Origin: Synechococcus sp. | Lineage (GTDB): Bacteria; Cyanobacteriota; Cyanobacteriia; PCC-6307; Cyanobiaceae | DNA length: 64,000 bases | NCBI GenBank assembly: GCA_047285805.1 | Contig: JBJBCN010000002.1 | Location: 224,001 to 288,000, forward strand | Reading direction: 5' to 3' | Shown: in pieces, positions 56,496-64,000 of the stretch | Numbering within the stretch: the first letter of the stretch is position 1 | Layout: each line of letters opens with the position of its first letter | Position numbers and translations under genes: made by a program | Notes under the pieces: model-generated | Seen by the model: only the letters and a program-made list of their open reading frames with translations | Database searches by the model: none | What the model was told of the DNA's origin: nothing

Positions 56496-56582
56496 CCTTC
56501 AATCCAGGCTAATGGAGTTTATGATCGAGTCAGGTATAAGAAAGCCCTGATCGATCAGGGATGTGAGCAAGTTAGATGGGTC

Positions 56583-56747
56583 TTACTTCTGGTAGGTATT
56601 CCCTCGGTAGGTAAGGTGAATTGTTGTTGCAGACACTTCTGCCACACGTGCGTTGTATACGTTGCGGCGATAGGTCAACTCAACAGGAACTTTGTCTTGG
56701 ACAGAGGATTTCTGGGTATAGGAATTACCCATGTAGGTGAGTTGCAT
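56583..56747 (-). CDS. DUF4278-type small protein
   Basis: Three LTY(M/R)(G/R)NxY repeats: LTYMGNSY, LTYRRNVY, LTYRGNTY. Confidence 0.85.
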   Translation of the reverse strand: MQLTYMGNSYTQKSSVQDKVPVELTYRRNVYNARVAEVSATTIHLTYRGNTYQK

Positions 56748-56765
56748 GATGAGTTCACGGGTTGG

Positions 56766-56823
56766 CCCGAGTCCCCGTTCCATGACTCAGGTGTACTGCA
56801 CCTTGAGATGATCAAGGCGAACG
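56766..56823 (-). promoter_or_regulatory. Downstream-peptide (glutamine-II) riboswitch
   Basis: CGTTCGCCTTGA...TCAAGGTGCAGT...GAGTCATGGAACGGGGACTC directly upstream of the DUF4278-type ORF. Confidence 0.88.
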
Positions 56824-56987
56824 TTTGTGGCCAGTGCCAATGCATTTATATCGGTCGAAAAGGCCAATGGAGAGTTCGCGCTGTTACTTAGCGTTGTATT
56901 TCAGAAAGCCTTTAGATTGTCTTTGTCTGGATTTGTCGTGCTCCTTGGTCGTTCCGGTCAGGGTGGGTCTTCTCGAATGAATTCTGA

Positions 56988-57230
56988 TTAGCGCGTTTTC
57001 TCTCTCTTAAACGTGTAGCAGCCCCCGTGGTAACCCGTGAAGGGTTGGGAGTAGGTCACCAGCTCCCAGCCGTCGTCTCCCAGTTCGTTCATGACGCCAG
57101 CAAGCGTGATGTCAGGCCGGGGCCGCGACCTGAAGATGATTTGCCGTTGATCAAGCCACAGTTCCTCGATTTCTCCGGTCCAGCTTTTGCCGCGTGGGAT
57201 AAATCGCAGTTGCGTGTACTCCCACTTCAT
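56988..57230 (-). CDS. DUF4177-like small protein
   Basis: MKWEY...NELGDDGWELV...YTFKR. Confidence 0.75.
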   Translation of the reverse strand: MKWEYTQLRFIPRGKSWTGEIEELWLDQRQIIFRSRPRPDITLAGVMNELGDDGWELVTYSQPFTGYHGGCYTFKREKTR

Positions 57231-57510
57231 GGCCGATCTAAGGGAACAAGGGTTGGCATCCTCTCACTCCCGGCTGAATGGTCAGTCCTCGCTAGTCCTG
57301 GCCTCCCCCCGAACTGTCATCCATCCCCCGTCTAACCAGGGTCTGAGTGACCCAGAGCAGACCAAGAAACAGTGAGGCAACCAGAAGCAGGGTCATGGAC
57401 GAGACAGGTTTCCCGTCCATGTTGGCCGTAGGTATCGGCGCTCTCCTGGGAAAGGCCGGCAAACGGGATGAAACCGGTTCCGAGACCGCTGGTTTCCGAG
57501 GTTCGGTTCT

Positions 57511-57912
57511 TTATGGCTCCACATTCTGGATGTTTAACAGCGTTTTCCCATCGGCACTTACCGCCACCTCTGTCAGGAGGGTTGCTGGTGCTCCTTCAAC
57601 CTGCCAGCCCGGGGGGCCGCCGCTGAATTTGAAGACAAAGCCCAACGCATCAGCTTGGAGTAAACAGCGTTGCCGGACCAGCGTGGTCGAAAACATGCAG
57701 GCTTCAGGGGTGTAGTTGTTCAGACCGCCGTTCAAGCTGATGGCCTTCGTTCGAGCCAGGTTCATTGCCCGTTGAAGGGATGGACCTTGTTTCTGCATCT
57801 GCTCGATCTTGTCGAAGGTCTGCTGGACGCTCTGGGCAAAGGCAGGGCTGAAGGCGCTCACGCCCACCGCGAACGCAGCGAATGATCCAAGGGCACAACG
57901 AGCTGTACGCAT
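57511..57912 (-). CDS. Secreted conserved hypothetical protein
   Basis: Signal peptide; RAMNLARTKAISLNGGLNNY.P..CM, F.FSGGPPGWQ. Confidence 0.8.
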   Translation of the reverse strand: MRTARCALGSFAAFAVGVSAFSPAFAQSVQQTFDKIEQMQKQGPSLQRAMNLARTKAISLNGGLNNYTPEACMFSTTLVRQRCLLQADALGFVFKFSGGPPGWQVEGAPATLLTEVAVSADGKTLLNIQNVEP

Positions 57913-58027
57913 CTCAGGACTCCTACAAGACGTCACAGGGAAACTCTGGGGTGCTCACGGGTTCAACGCAAGTGGAGTTGCTCACCACTTCAGGGCATGC
58001 CATGCGCCCTGGGTTCATCATTGAGAG

Positions 58028-58219
58028 ATGACCATTGGCATCAACACACGCCCCACGGACGAAGAGCTGGCGAGCTGGATGCCCAACACGCCGCATTCGA
58101 GGTGGGCACAAGAAGGACATCGAGGTCCCCGCACCAATGGAAACTACCCCATCTGCCGCTGTGACCTTTGCGCGAAGCTTCGGCGCGATTTTTGGGAGCA
58201 GCAGTCCTGGATCCCGTAG
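58028..58219 (+). CDS. Small Cys-containing protein
   Basis: ICRCDLC motif. Confidence 0.55.
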   Translation: MTIGINTRPTDEELASWMPNTPHSRWAQEGHRGPRTNGNYPICRCDLCAKLRRDFWEQQSWIP

Positions 58220-58221
58220 GA

Positions 58222-58509
58222 CTAGGCCGCGAGGTCGTCGTGTTTGTGCCGTCGGCGACGCGCTCGGCGTGGACGGCCAGTGGCTTCTTGTTTGAGGTAG
58301 ACCTTCTGGCCGTTGGCATTGATCCGGTAGAGGCCACCGCGCGGACCCTTTTGGATGGGACCTTGATTGCCGGCCTGAATGGCTCGCTTTGTTCTCTTTG
58401 CCAGTAGGCCAGACGGATCCGTCAACGCGGGCTTTTGATCATTGAGCCAACCAATGGCCTTCAGAAGCTTGGTGAGTGACGAGCGACCTGGCACTGCGCA
58501 AAAGCTCAT
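58222..58509 (-). CDS. Small protein with a PBCV basic-adaptor-like motif
   Basis: IQKGPRGGLYRINANGQKVYL. Confidence 0.55.
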   Translation of the reverse strand: MSFCAVPGRSSLTKLLKAIGWLNDQKPALTDPSGLLAKRTKRAIQAGNQGPIQKGPRGGLYRINANGQKVYLKQEATGRPRRARRRRHKHDDLAA

Positions 58510-58545
58510 GAATTAAGTGTCCAGTGACGTCAACCACTGATTCGT

Positions 58546-58785
58546 TCACTTGTGGCACTTGGCCCGGAAGCGGTTCGAGTTGCTGGTGGCTTCGTGTTTG
58601 GTTTTGCGTCCACTGACGCGCTTGCGCCACATCCTGAACGACGAGGCTTTCATCGACTGACGCATCAGTTCCACCACCTCCTGTTCAGAGAGTCCAAATT
58701 GGTAATGGATGGCCTCAAAGGTGGTGCGGTCCTCCCATGCCATCTCGATGATGCGGTCGAGTTCGCTCGGTTCAAAACTACGCAT
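58546..58785 (-). CDS. TIGR03643/DUF2805 family protein
   Basis: DRIIEMAWEDRTTFEAI..QFGL.E..V..LMR...SSFRMWRKRVSGR.TKH. Confidence 0.9.
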   Translation of the reverse strand: MRSFEPSELDRIIEMAWEDRTTFEAIHYQFGLSEQEVVELMRQSMKASSFRMWRKRVSGRKTKHEATSNSNRFRAKCHK

Positions 58786-58788
58786 CGC

Positions 58789-60048
58789 CTAGCGCCCAGT
58801 TGCGGTGACCAGGAGGCCGTTGCGTGGCGTGGGGCTGGGCACCAGCTGGAGCGACAGATCTTGACCAGGTGCCAGCTGCAACTGAACCTGCCGCAGTAGG
58901 CCAGCGGTCATCAGTCGGATTTCGAGTTCGGCGAGGGCTTTCCCCAGGCAGACCCGTTCCCCGCCACCAAAGGGGAGCAGAGTTTGCTCAAAGGATCCAT
59001 CGAGATGCCGCTGCGGCTTGAACTTCGCCAGATCGGTTCCGCCGCTGGTTCCTGATGGCGTGAGGGCTACCTGGATCACGCTCTTCTCAGGAACGGCGAC
59101 TCCGGCCAGCTCGATGGGGTGCAGGCTGCGGCGGAAGAAGCCCCCTACCGGGGGTGTTTGCCGCATCACTTCCAGCACGGTGGCATCGAGCTTTTGCGAT
59201 TGCGGTGCTGTGGTCGCTGGCCATGGGCCGCTGATCAGATCGCTCTGCAGCCAATCCAGCACCTCGGGATGCAGGAGTAGCGCGCGGAAGAGACAGCTCA
59301 GCGAGGAGGCCGTGGTTTCGTAGCCAGCAAAGAGCAACAGCAGCAGTTGCTCGGCCAGATCGTCGTCATCCAGGGGAATGCCGGTTTCATCGAGGCCGCC
59401 ACTGATCAGATCCAGGCCACCTTGATTGCTGCCGGCTTTCAAGACCGTCTTGATGCGGTTCAGGAGGCGCTGGCGAGCGGCCATGGCTTTGGCAAATGGT
59501 GTCCCTGGGATCGCCAAGGGAATGGAGAACAGAGCCTTCGTCCAGATCTCAAAGTCTGCAAAGAGCGCCTCGCGGCTGCCTTGATCAAGCCCCAGCACCG
59601 CAGTGGCGATCACCGTGAAGGCGAAGCGGCGCATCCGCCCGGCCAAGGGGATGGGGCCGTCGGATGCCTTGAGCTCCTCAGCGACCTCATCCACCAGCGC
59701 CGTGATCGATGGGGTGTAGCGCGCGAGGGCTGCGCTGGAGAACAGTTGACCGACTACGCGCCGCCGCGCTTTATGGCCGGCTCCGTTGCGGTTGGCGAGT
59801 GATCGGCTGCCCAGCAGCTGTTTCACGCTCTCCGGCCACCAGCCCTCTAGCGATTCGCCCTGGCTGAAGAGATTGCTGATCGCCCGCTCACCGCGGATGA
59901 ACACGATTGGCTGGGCCAAGAGTTTGGTGGCGAAGACATCTCCATAGGTTTCAAAACGCCGTTGGGCGAAGCTCGGATCGCTGAAGAAATCAAGGGTCTC
60001 CTTCAGGCCGCTCACCGCGCCGGTATTGGGCAGAGGCTTGGCAGGCAT
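58789..60048 (-). CDS. Cytochrome P450
   Basis: AGYETT (I-helix), EVMR (ExxR), FGGGERVCLG heme motif. Confidence 0.93.
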   Translation of the reverse strand: MPAKPLPNTGAVSGLKETLDFFSDPSFAQRRFETYGDVFATKLLAQPIVFIRGERAISNLFSQGESLEGWWPESVKQLLGSRSLANRNGAGHKARRRVVGQLFSSAALARYTPSITALVDEVAEELKASDGPIPLAGRMRRFAFTVIATAVLGLDQGSREALFADFEIWTKALFSIPLAIPGTPFAKAMAARQRLLNRIKTVLKAGSNQGGLDLISGGLDETGIPLDDDDLAEQLLLLLFAGYETTASSLSCLFRALLLHPEVLDWLQSDLISGPWPATTAPQSQKLDATVLEVMRQTPPVGGFFRRSLHPIELAGVAVPEKSVIQVALTPSGTSGGTDLAKFKPQRHLDGSFEQTLLPFGGGERVCLGKALAELEIRLMTAGLLRQVQLQLAPGQDLSLQLVPSPTPRNGLLVTATGR

Positions 60049-60533
60049 GAACCCAGGCACGTGGAGGCGGTCAACTTATCGACTTCACTTGGGCTCTGAA
60101 CCGACGTCAGACGACCCGCAGCTTTTCTGTTGTAGATTTTACTGAGATGTTGCATGGCCCTGAGGGACTGGGCTTTTTGCCGTTCGCCCGTAAGCGCCCT
60201 TCATGGATTGTATGGGGCGAACGTGCGACTCGCCCCGGTGAGCCGGTGCCGTGACGAAGAAATCGGCTCTATCCTTTTATCGTGCAAAGGAAATAGCAGT
60301 GCCAGAAGGTTATCGCAATTGACACATTTGGAGTGCAGAATTTCCCCTGAGAGTGATTCTCGAAACTATTCTTTTGCTAAATGTTGGTCGTTCTGGCTTG
60401 CAGGTTTGTCTCGGTCGCGTCTCGTTTGTGCGGTAATTGGCTTTGTCCGAGGTGAGTAGACGTACCGATGGCAATGGCTGCAAGCCCCGGAACCATGACG
60501 AAATCTGGGATGAATCCTGGGTAGGGAACCCTT

Positions 60534-60563
60534 AAATCGCGGAGAGGCCACCGCGGTTTTTTT
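60534..60563 (+). terminator. Probable terminator
   Basis: AAATCGCGG...CCGCGGTTT plus T-run. Confidence 0.55.
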
Positions 60564-60567
60564 ATGT

Positions 60568-60792
60568 CTATGGAGCGCTAGGTCTCTTCAGTCGGCAGCA
60601 GTTTCCGTACTCATCTACAGGGAACTCATGCAGTACATCTCGGCTGTGTCCAGATACGATTCTGTAACTCCGTCCGGAAGCCCAGCATCTGGCTTTTGTT
60701 GTGGTGTAAGCGCTCCACCAGGCATGCCTTACCACCTCGTCAATCCATATCTGATTTGCCGCATCAAAACGCTGAACAATGATCATTGTCAC
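60568..60792 (-). CDS. Small hypothetical protein
   Basis: IIVQRFDAANQIW...SGRSYRIVS. Confidence 0.55.
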   Translation of the reverse strand: MTMIIVQRFDAANQIWIDEVVRHAWWSAYTTTKARCWASGRSYRIVSGHSRDVLHEFPVDEYGNCCRLKRPSAP

Positions 60793-61437
60793 AGCTCACG
60801 ATGAACAATTGTAGATTCTCCTGTGTGCTCGGCGGCTTCAAGCCTTTTAAAGGCTGACTTCGGGATCGCTATACGTTCTGTAGGATTAAGGTGACTTTTG
60901 CTTTCATTAAGCTCTTCTGAGTACCGCATCGCTGTGACTGTTCTACGCCCTCGGATGCTTCCGGGAGTTAAATTCCTAAGGCAAGCTGATTGTTGCGTGG
61001 GATACATCATTTACATTGAATGGCTTCGATTGGGTTTGAGGGGGGATTCGAAGGCGTATCACAATTCTTTTTGGAGATCTGATGGTTCAAGCCTTTCGTC
61101 TGCTTTCTAATCGCGGATATTGATGTCCCATCTAGTTTGAAATCAGGAGAAATTAGCGATCCAGGAGCAATGGCTACCAAAAACAGTGTGATCACCAAGA
61201 CATGGTCGGTTAGCACGACTGTTTCTCGACTTATCTGCGAGAGTGTTTAAACGAACGTTGTCATCTCGACGTGACCAAGTTCCACAAAGATCAATCCAAG
61301 CCGACTGGTTACACGCTGGACCGCTGGGATCTGCACGGTGTTCCTTGCGGCTGTGCCGACTACATCGCTGAGTACGAGATCTTGCGCATGATGCAGCTTG
61401 CTCAAGAGCAGAAGTTTTTGAGGAGTCCATCCTGAGC

Positions 61438-61690
61438 ATGGACAGCGAAGAAGGTTCCGAGTGGGGGACTATGGCGGCGATCGCCGGCAGCTCTACGCTT
61501 CCATCGCTTTTCCTGCAGGTTGGCGTAGGCGACGCAGTTCTGGTGGAGCTGCATGAAGGTGGCTGGTGGGTGGGTCAGGTCATACATCCGAAGGCGGGGC
61601 AAGGTGCAGCGCTAACTCCTTCTTTCGGATCACCGACGTGGATACCTGAGCAGTGCGCACCGTGAACCCCAATTCGTGACCAGAATTGTC
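61438..61690 (+). pseudogene. DUF3104-like gene, frameshifted
   Basis: FLQVGVGDAVLV...WWVGQVIH; the second half (FRITDVDT*AVRTVN) is in another frame. Confidence 0.7.
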
Positions 61691-62031
61691 TGCAATTGGT
61701 ATTGCGAGCTACCTCTGGCCGCCTCTGAGGCTTCATCGCACGCGGAAGTCACCAAATAAGGACCTCTCAGGCCCCCTTAGGGGCTCATCGCAAGGTTGAG
61801 CTGAGCTTTCTTGGCCGGGCTAGCTGAAGCTGTGAAAGCACCAGTTCACCATGGATCTGTCGTCACTTTGCCGGATTTAGACGTGGCAAGACGGCTCTTG
61901 TTTCTTCCAAGGACCTTCCTTGATCACGGCAACCATCGCTCATAGGAGCAGTGCGATGAGAGTGCGGCTTTTTAGTCTTTCCATCAACCTCCTCTTGCAT
62001 ACCTCTGATTTCGCCCTGGTTGGTGACGGGA

Positions 62032-62850
62032 TCAGCTGCGACCAACAATCACAGGCGGAGTACCTGAGCCAATCCCAGGTACAACCTGGGTTTGCCCGTC
62101 CCATTTGTCGAGAAACAGCTTGTAAAGCACTTTTTCGTTAAGTCCTTTGTTTAGGGTTTCGAACTTTATGGCTTCTTGCTCTGCAATCTTTACTTCAGTC
62201 TCAGCGCGAAGGAGTTGCTGCTCAGCTATTTGTTTTTGTTCGATTGCGGAACGATACTCTTCAGCAATCTTAAGGCCAGTTAGATCGAGACCTTTTACTG
62301 ATACGTAATCAAACTTCTGAAGCTCATTCGCAATGCTGTCTTCAACAATGGAAGAGATTGTATTCCAGTCAGTTGCGATCTCAACCAACTCGTACTTCGA
62401 AAATACAGACTTCAGTGCCTTAAGCAGAGAAGGTTGAATGATCCGAGAGTAAATTCCATCATCGCCAATTGAAATCGTGCTGTAGATCCTTGGCGCTTCC
62501 TCTGTTTTGACTGCATATTTAATCGTGGCTGTCGCTTCAATGACCTGCAGATCCTTTGTAAGCGTTGAAAAAGCCTCAGGCTTCACCTGGGTCCGCACAT
62601 TAAAGAAATGACTGGTCTGGATGAGGGGGATCTTGAGATTGAGACCAGGCAGTCTTGGCTGGCTGCTAACTTTCCCTAGTGTAGTGATTACAGCGACTTG
62701 ACCTGCAGGAACGACAAACACGGCGCTTAGCAAAAGAATTGCCGCTGCGAAAATACCAATAACTGCAAGTGGCAGGCCGTTTTCGGTATTTCCAGGAGTG
62801 ATGTTTTGCATAGGTCTCTTGATTTGAACAGATACTGGAGTGAACGCCAC
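62032..62850 (-). CDS. Prohibitin/SPFH (Band 7) protein
   Basis: VVPAGQVAVITTLGKV, PGLNLKIP, TKDLQ, AIEQKQIAEQ, KWDG. Confidence 0.92.
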   Translation of the reverse strand: MAFTPVSVQIKRPMQNITPGNTENGLPLAVIGIFAAAILLLSAVFVVPAGQVAVITTLGKVSSQPRLPGLNLKIPLIQTSHFFNVRTQVKPEAFSTLTKDLQVIEATATIKYAVKTEEAPRIYSTISIGDDGIYSRIIQPSLLKALKSVFSKYELVEIATDWNTISSIVEDSIANELQKFDYVSVKGLDLTGLKIAEEYRSAIEQKQIAEQQLLRAETEVKIAEQEAIKFETLNKGLNEKVLYKLFLDKWDGQTQVVPGIGSGTPPVIVGRS

Positions 62851-62961
62851 TGAGATGTGGGTGACCGGCCCAGGTTGTTACGGATCGATGTGCTCAGAAT
62901 TCTGTTTGACTGAGTCCTGAAAGCTTGGCTAATCCCAGTGAAAGATGGTGAGGTCTTGACT

Positions 62962-63168
62962 TTAGAAAGAGGATGTGGACTCCAGTGAAGAAGCAAGTTT
63001 CATCCGGCGCTCCTCTGCCTCCAAGAAGTCGCCCCACATGCCGAGCAGGAAGCTCAAGGTGTTCAAGGCTTGCACTTGCTCCTTCGACCCTGGTGCTGTC
63101 TCCTTGAAGTTCATCAGCATCATGTCTGCAACATTCCTCTGCTCTTTGCATCGAGAGTCAATGGTCAT
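62962..63168 (-). CDS. Small hypothetical protein
   Basis: MTIDSRCKEQRNVADMM...LSFLLGMWGDFL. Confidence 0.7.
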   Translation of the reverse strand: MTIDSRCKEQRNVADMMLMNFKETAPGSKEQVQALNTLSFLLGMWGDFLEAEERRMKLASSLESTSSF

Positions 63169-63170
63169 GC

Positions 63171-63413
63171 TCAGCTCTCCGACGAAGCAGCGCCTTTCAG
63201 CTCGCTGAAGCTCACTGCCCACAAGTCCTCTGTTGTGACCTCGCCGTGTTCGTTCAAGAGCTCTGGGTGCACTGTCCGTAATCCTGTGCGGTCGGTTTGG
63301 CGAGCCATGGACGAAGCCGCAGGACTGCCCGCTAGTCGCATCATTCGGAAGGCCTGGGCGAGTAGAACGACTAAAATTGCTGCGTAAGCAAGAGGAAAGA
63401 GAACCCCAAACAT
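63171..63413 (-). CDS. DUF2973-like protein
   Basis: N-terminal TM; DRTGLRTVHPELLNEHGEVTTEDL. Confidence 0.78.
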   Translation of the reverse strand: MFGVLFPLAYAAILVVLLAQAFRMMRLAGSPAASSMARQTDRTGLRTVHPELLNEHGEVTTEDLWAVSFSELKGAASSES

Positions 63414-63700
63414 CAGAGGTATCTACGAGACGTTAAGAAACGTTAACAGATGCTTCTTGCCTGGCGTGGGCGCGTCCCTGGGCAAATTGCTGAACCCACT
63501 TCATTCGCTCACCATTACTCCGGTTTCCCATGACTGGTTTCAATTTGCTGGCATGAGCCGACCAGAACCACTGGCTGTCGTGCTGGTCGGCTCCCAATGG
63601 CTCCAGTCGTGCGGAAGGGGCTAGTCAAATATCGATTTCATCTGGGCTCTGGTGCTGACATGCGCTCGAAGAGAGTTACCACTTGAACTAGCCGTTGAAC

Positions 63701-63940
63701 TCAGTAGTCGTCTCCGTATTTAACCGAAGACGAAGCATCCATCAGCTCGACAGTGGTCTGGTAGCCGTTTTGAAGGGTGACTTCATGTTGGACGGCAACG
63801 TCATGAGGTGCCTCGATGTCAAGTTCTGACACCGTAATCCAGCTGAAGCCCTTGCCAAAGGTGTTGTCTGGGTTGACCACATACCAGTGACAAGCCCTGT
63901 CGGGAACAGCAACGGAACACTTTTTTAGTCGTTGTCCCAC
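63701..63940 (-). CDS. Conserved hypothetical protein (start uncertain)
   Basis: CHWYVVNPDNTFGKGFSW...YQTTVELM. Confidence 0.6.
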   Translation of the reverse strand: MGQRLKKCSVAVPDRACHWYVVNPDNTFGKGFSWITVSELDIEAPHDVAVQHEVTLQNGYQTTVELMDASSSVKYGDDY

Positions 63941-64000
63941 TGAGGGACTTGAACAAAGGACAGTGCGGCAAAAACAACGCGCAAGAAGCCGGACAGCTTT

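Noticed and set aside
56845..56886. NtcA site upstream of the riboswitch
   Set aside because: Only GTA-N8-AAC on the minus strand, with imperfect spacing to a -10 element.
63430..63448. TTAACGT direct repeat as a Pho or RpaB box
   Set aside because: 10-nt period and a poor match to either consensus.
1..64000. CRISPR array, tRNA, integrase, transposase, prophage or defence genes
   Set aside because: No regularly spaced repeats, cloverleafs or matching protein motifs seen.

Overview
GC-rich picocyanobacterial DNA (Synechococcus/Cyanobium-like, inferred from hli genes, Yfr1/Yfr2-type sRNAs, a glutamine-II riboswitch and DUF3104/DUF3764/DUF4278-type genes). It reads as an accessory, island-like region. 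I found no rRNA, tRNA, CRISPR, integrase or transposase. Layout: (1-4.6 kb) iron module with decayed futB/futA, an intact Crp regulator, ferritin, Fur-like boxes and an unannotated Cys-rich micropeptide; (4.6-8.1 kb) persulfide dioxygenase-rhodanese/ArsR module with a shared operator; (8-17 kb) redox genes including an ArsM-like operon; (17-33 kb) osmolyte supercluster with proVWX, glycine betaine synthesis (gsmt/sdmt), glucosylglycerate genes and, between them, an SSS transporter / non-aspartate carbamoyltransferase / AsnB-like amidotransferase / N-carbamoylase / DUF1028 unit; (33-33.5 kb) Yfr2 and Yfr1-like sRNA cluster; (33.7-64 kb) PPK2, orphan MreB, hli operon, SulP/BicA, P450, SPFH, many micro-ORFs and pseudogenes. 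Two best candidates for an undescribed system: (a) the carbamoyltransferase-AsnB unit, inferred to make and recycle an N-carbamoyl-amino-acid-amide osmolyte; (b) a 250-370 nt structured non-coding element in three diverged copies (37.0, 51.8, 54.7 kb). All family calls are by-eye motif recognition and all RNA folds are by hand; no searches were run.
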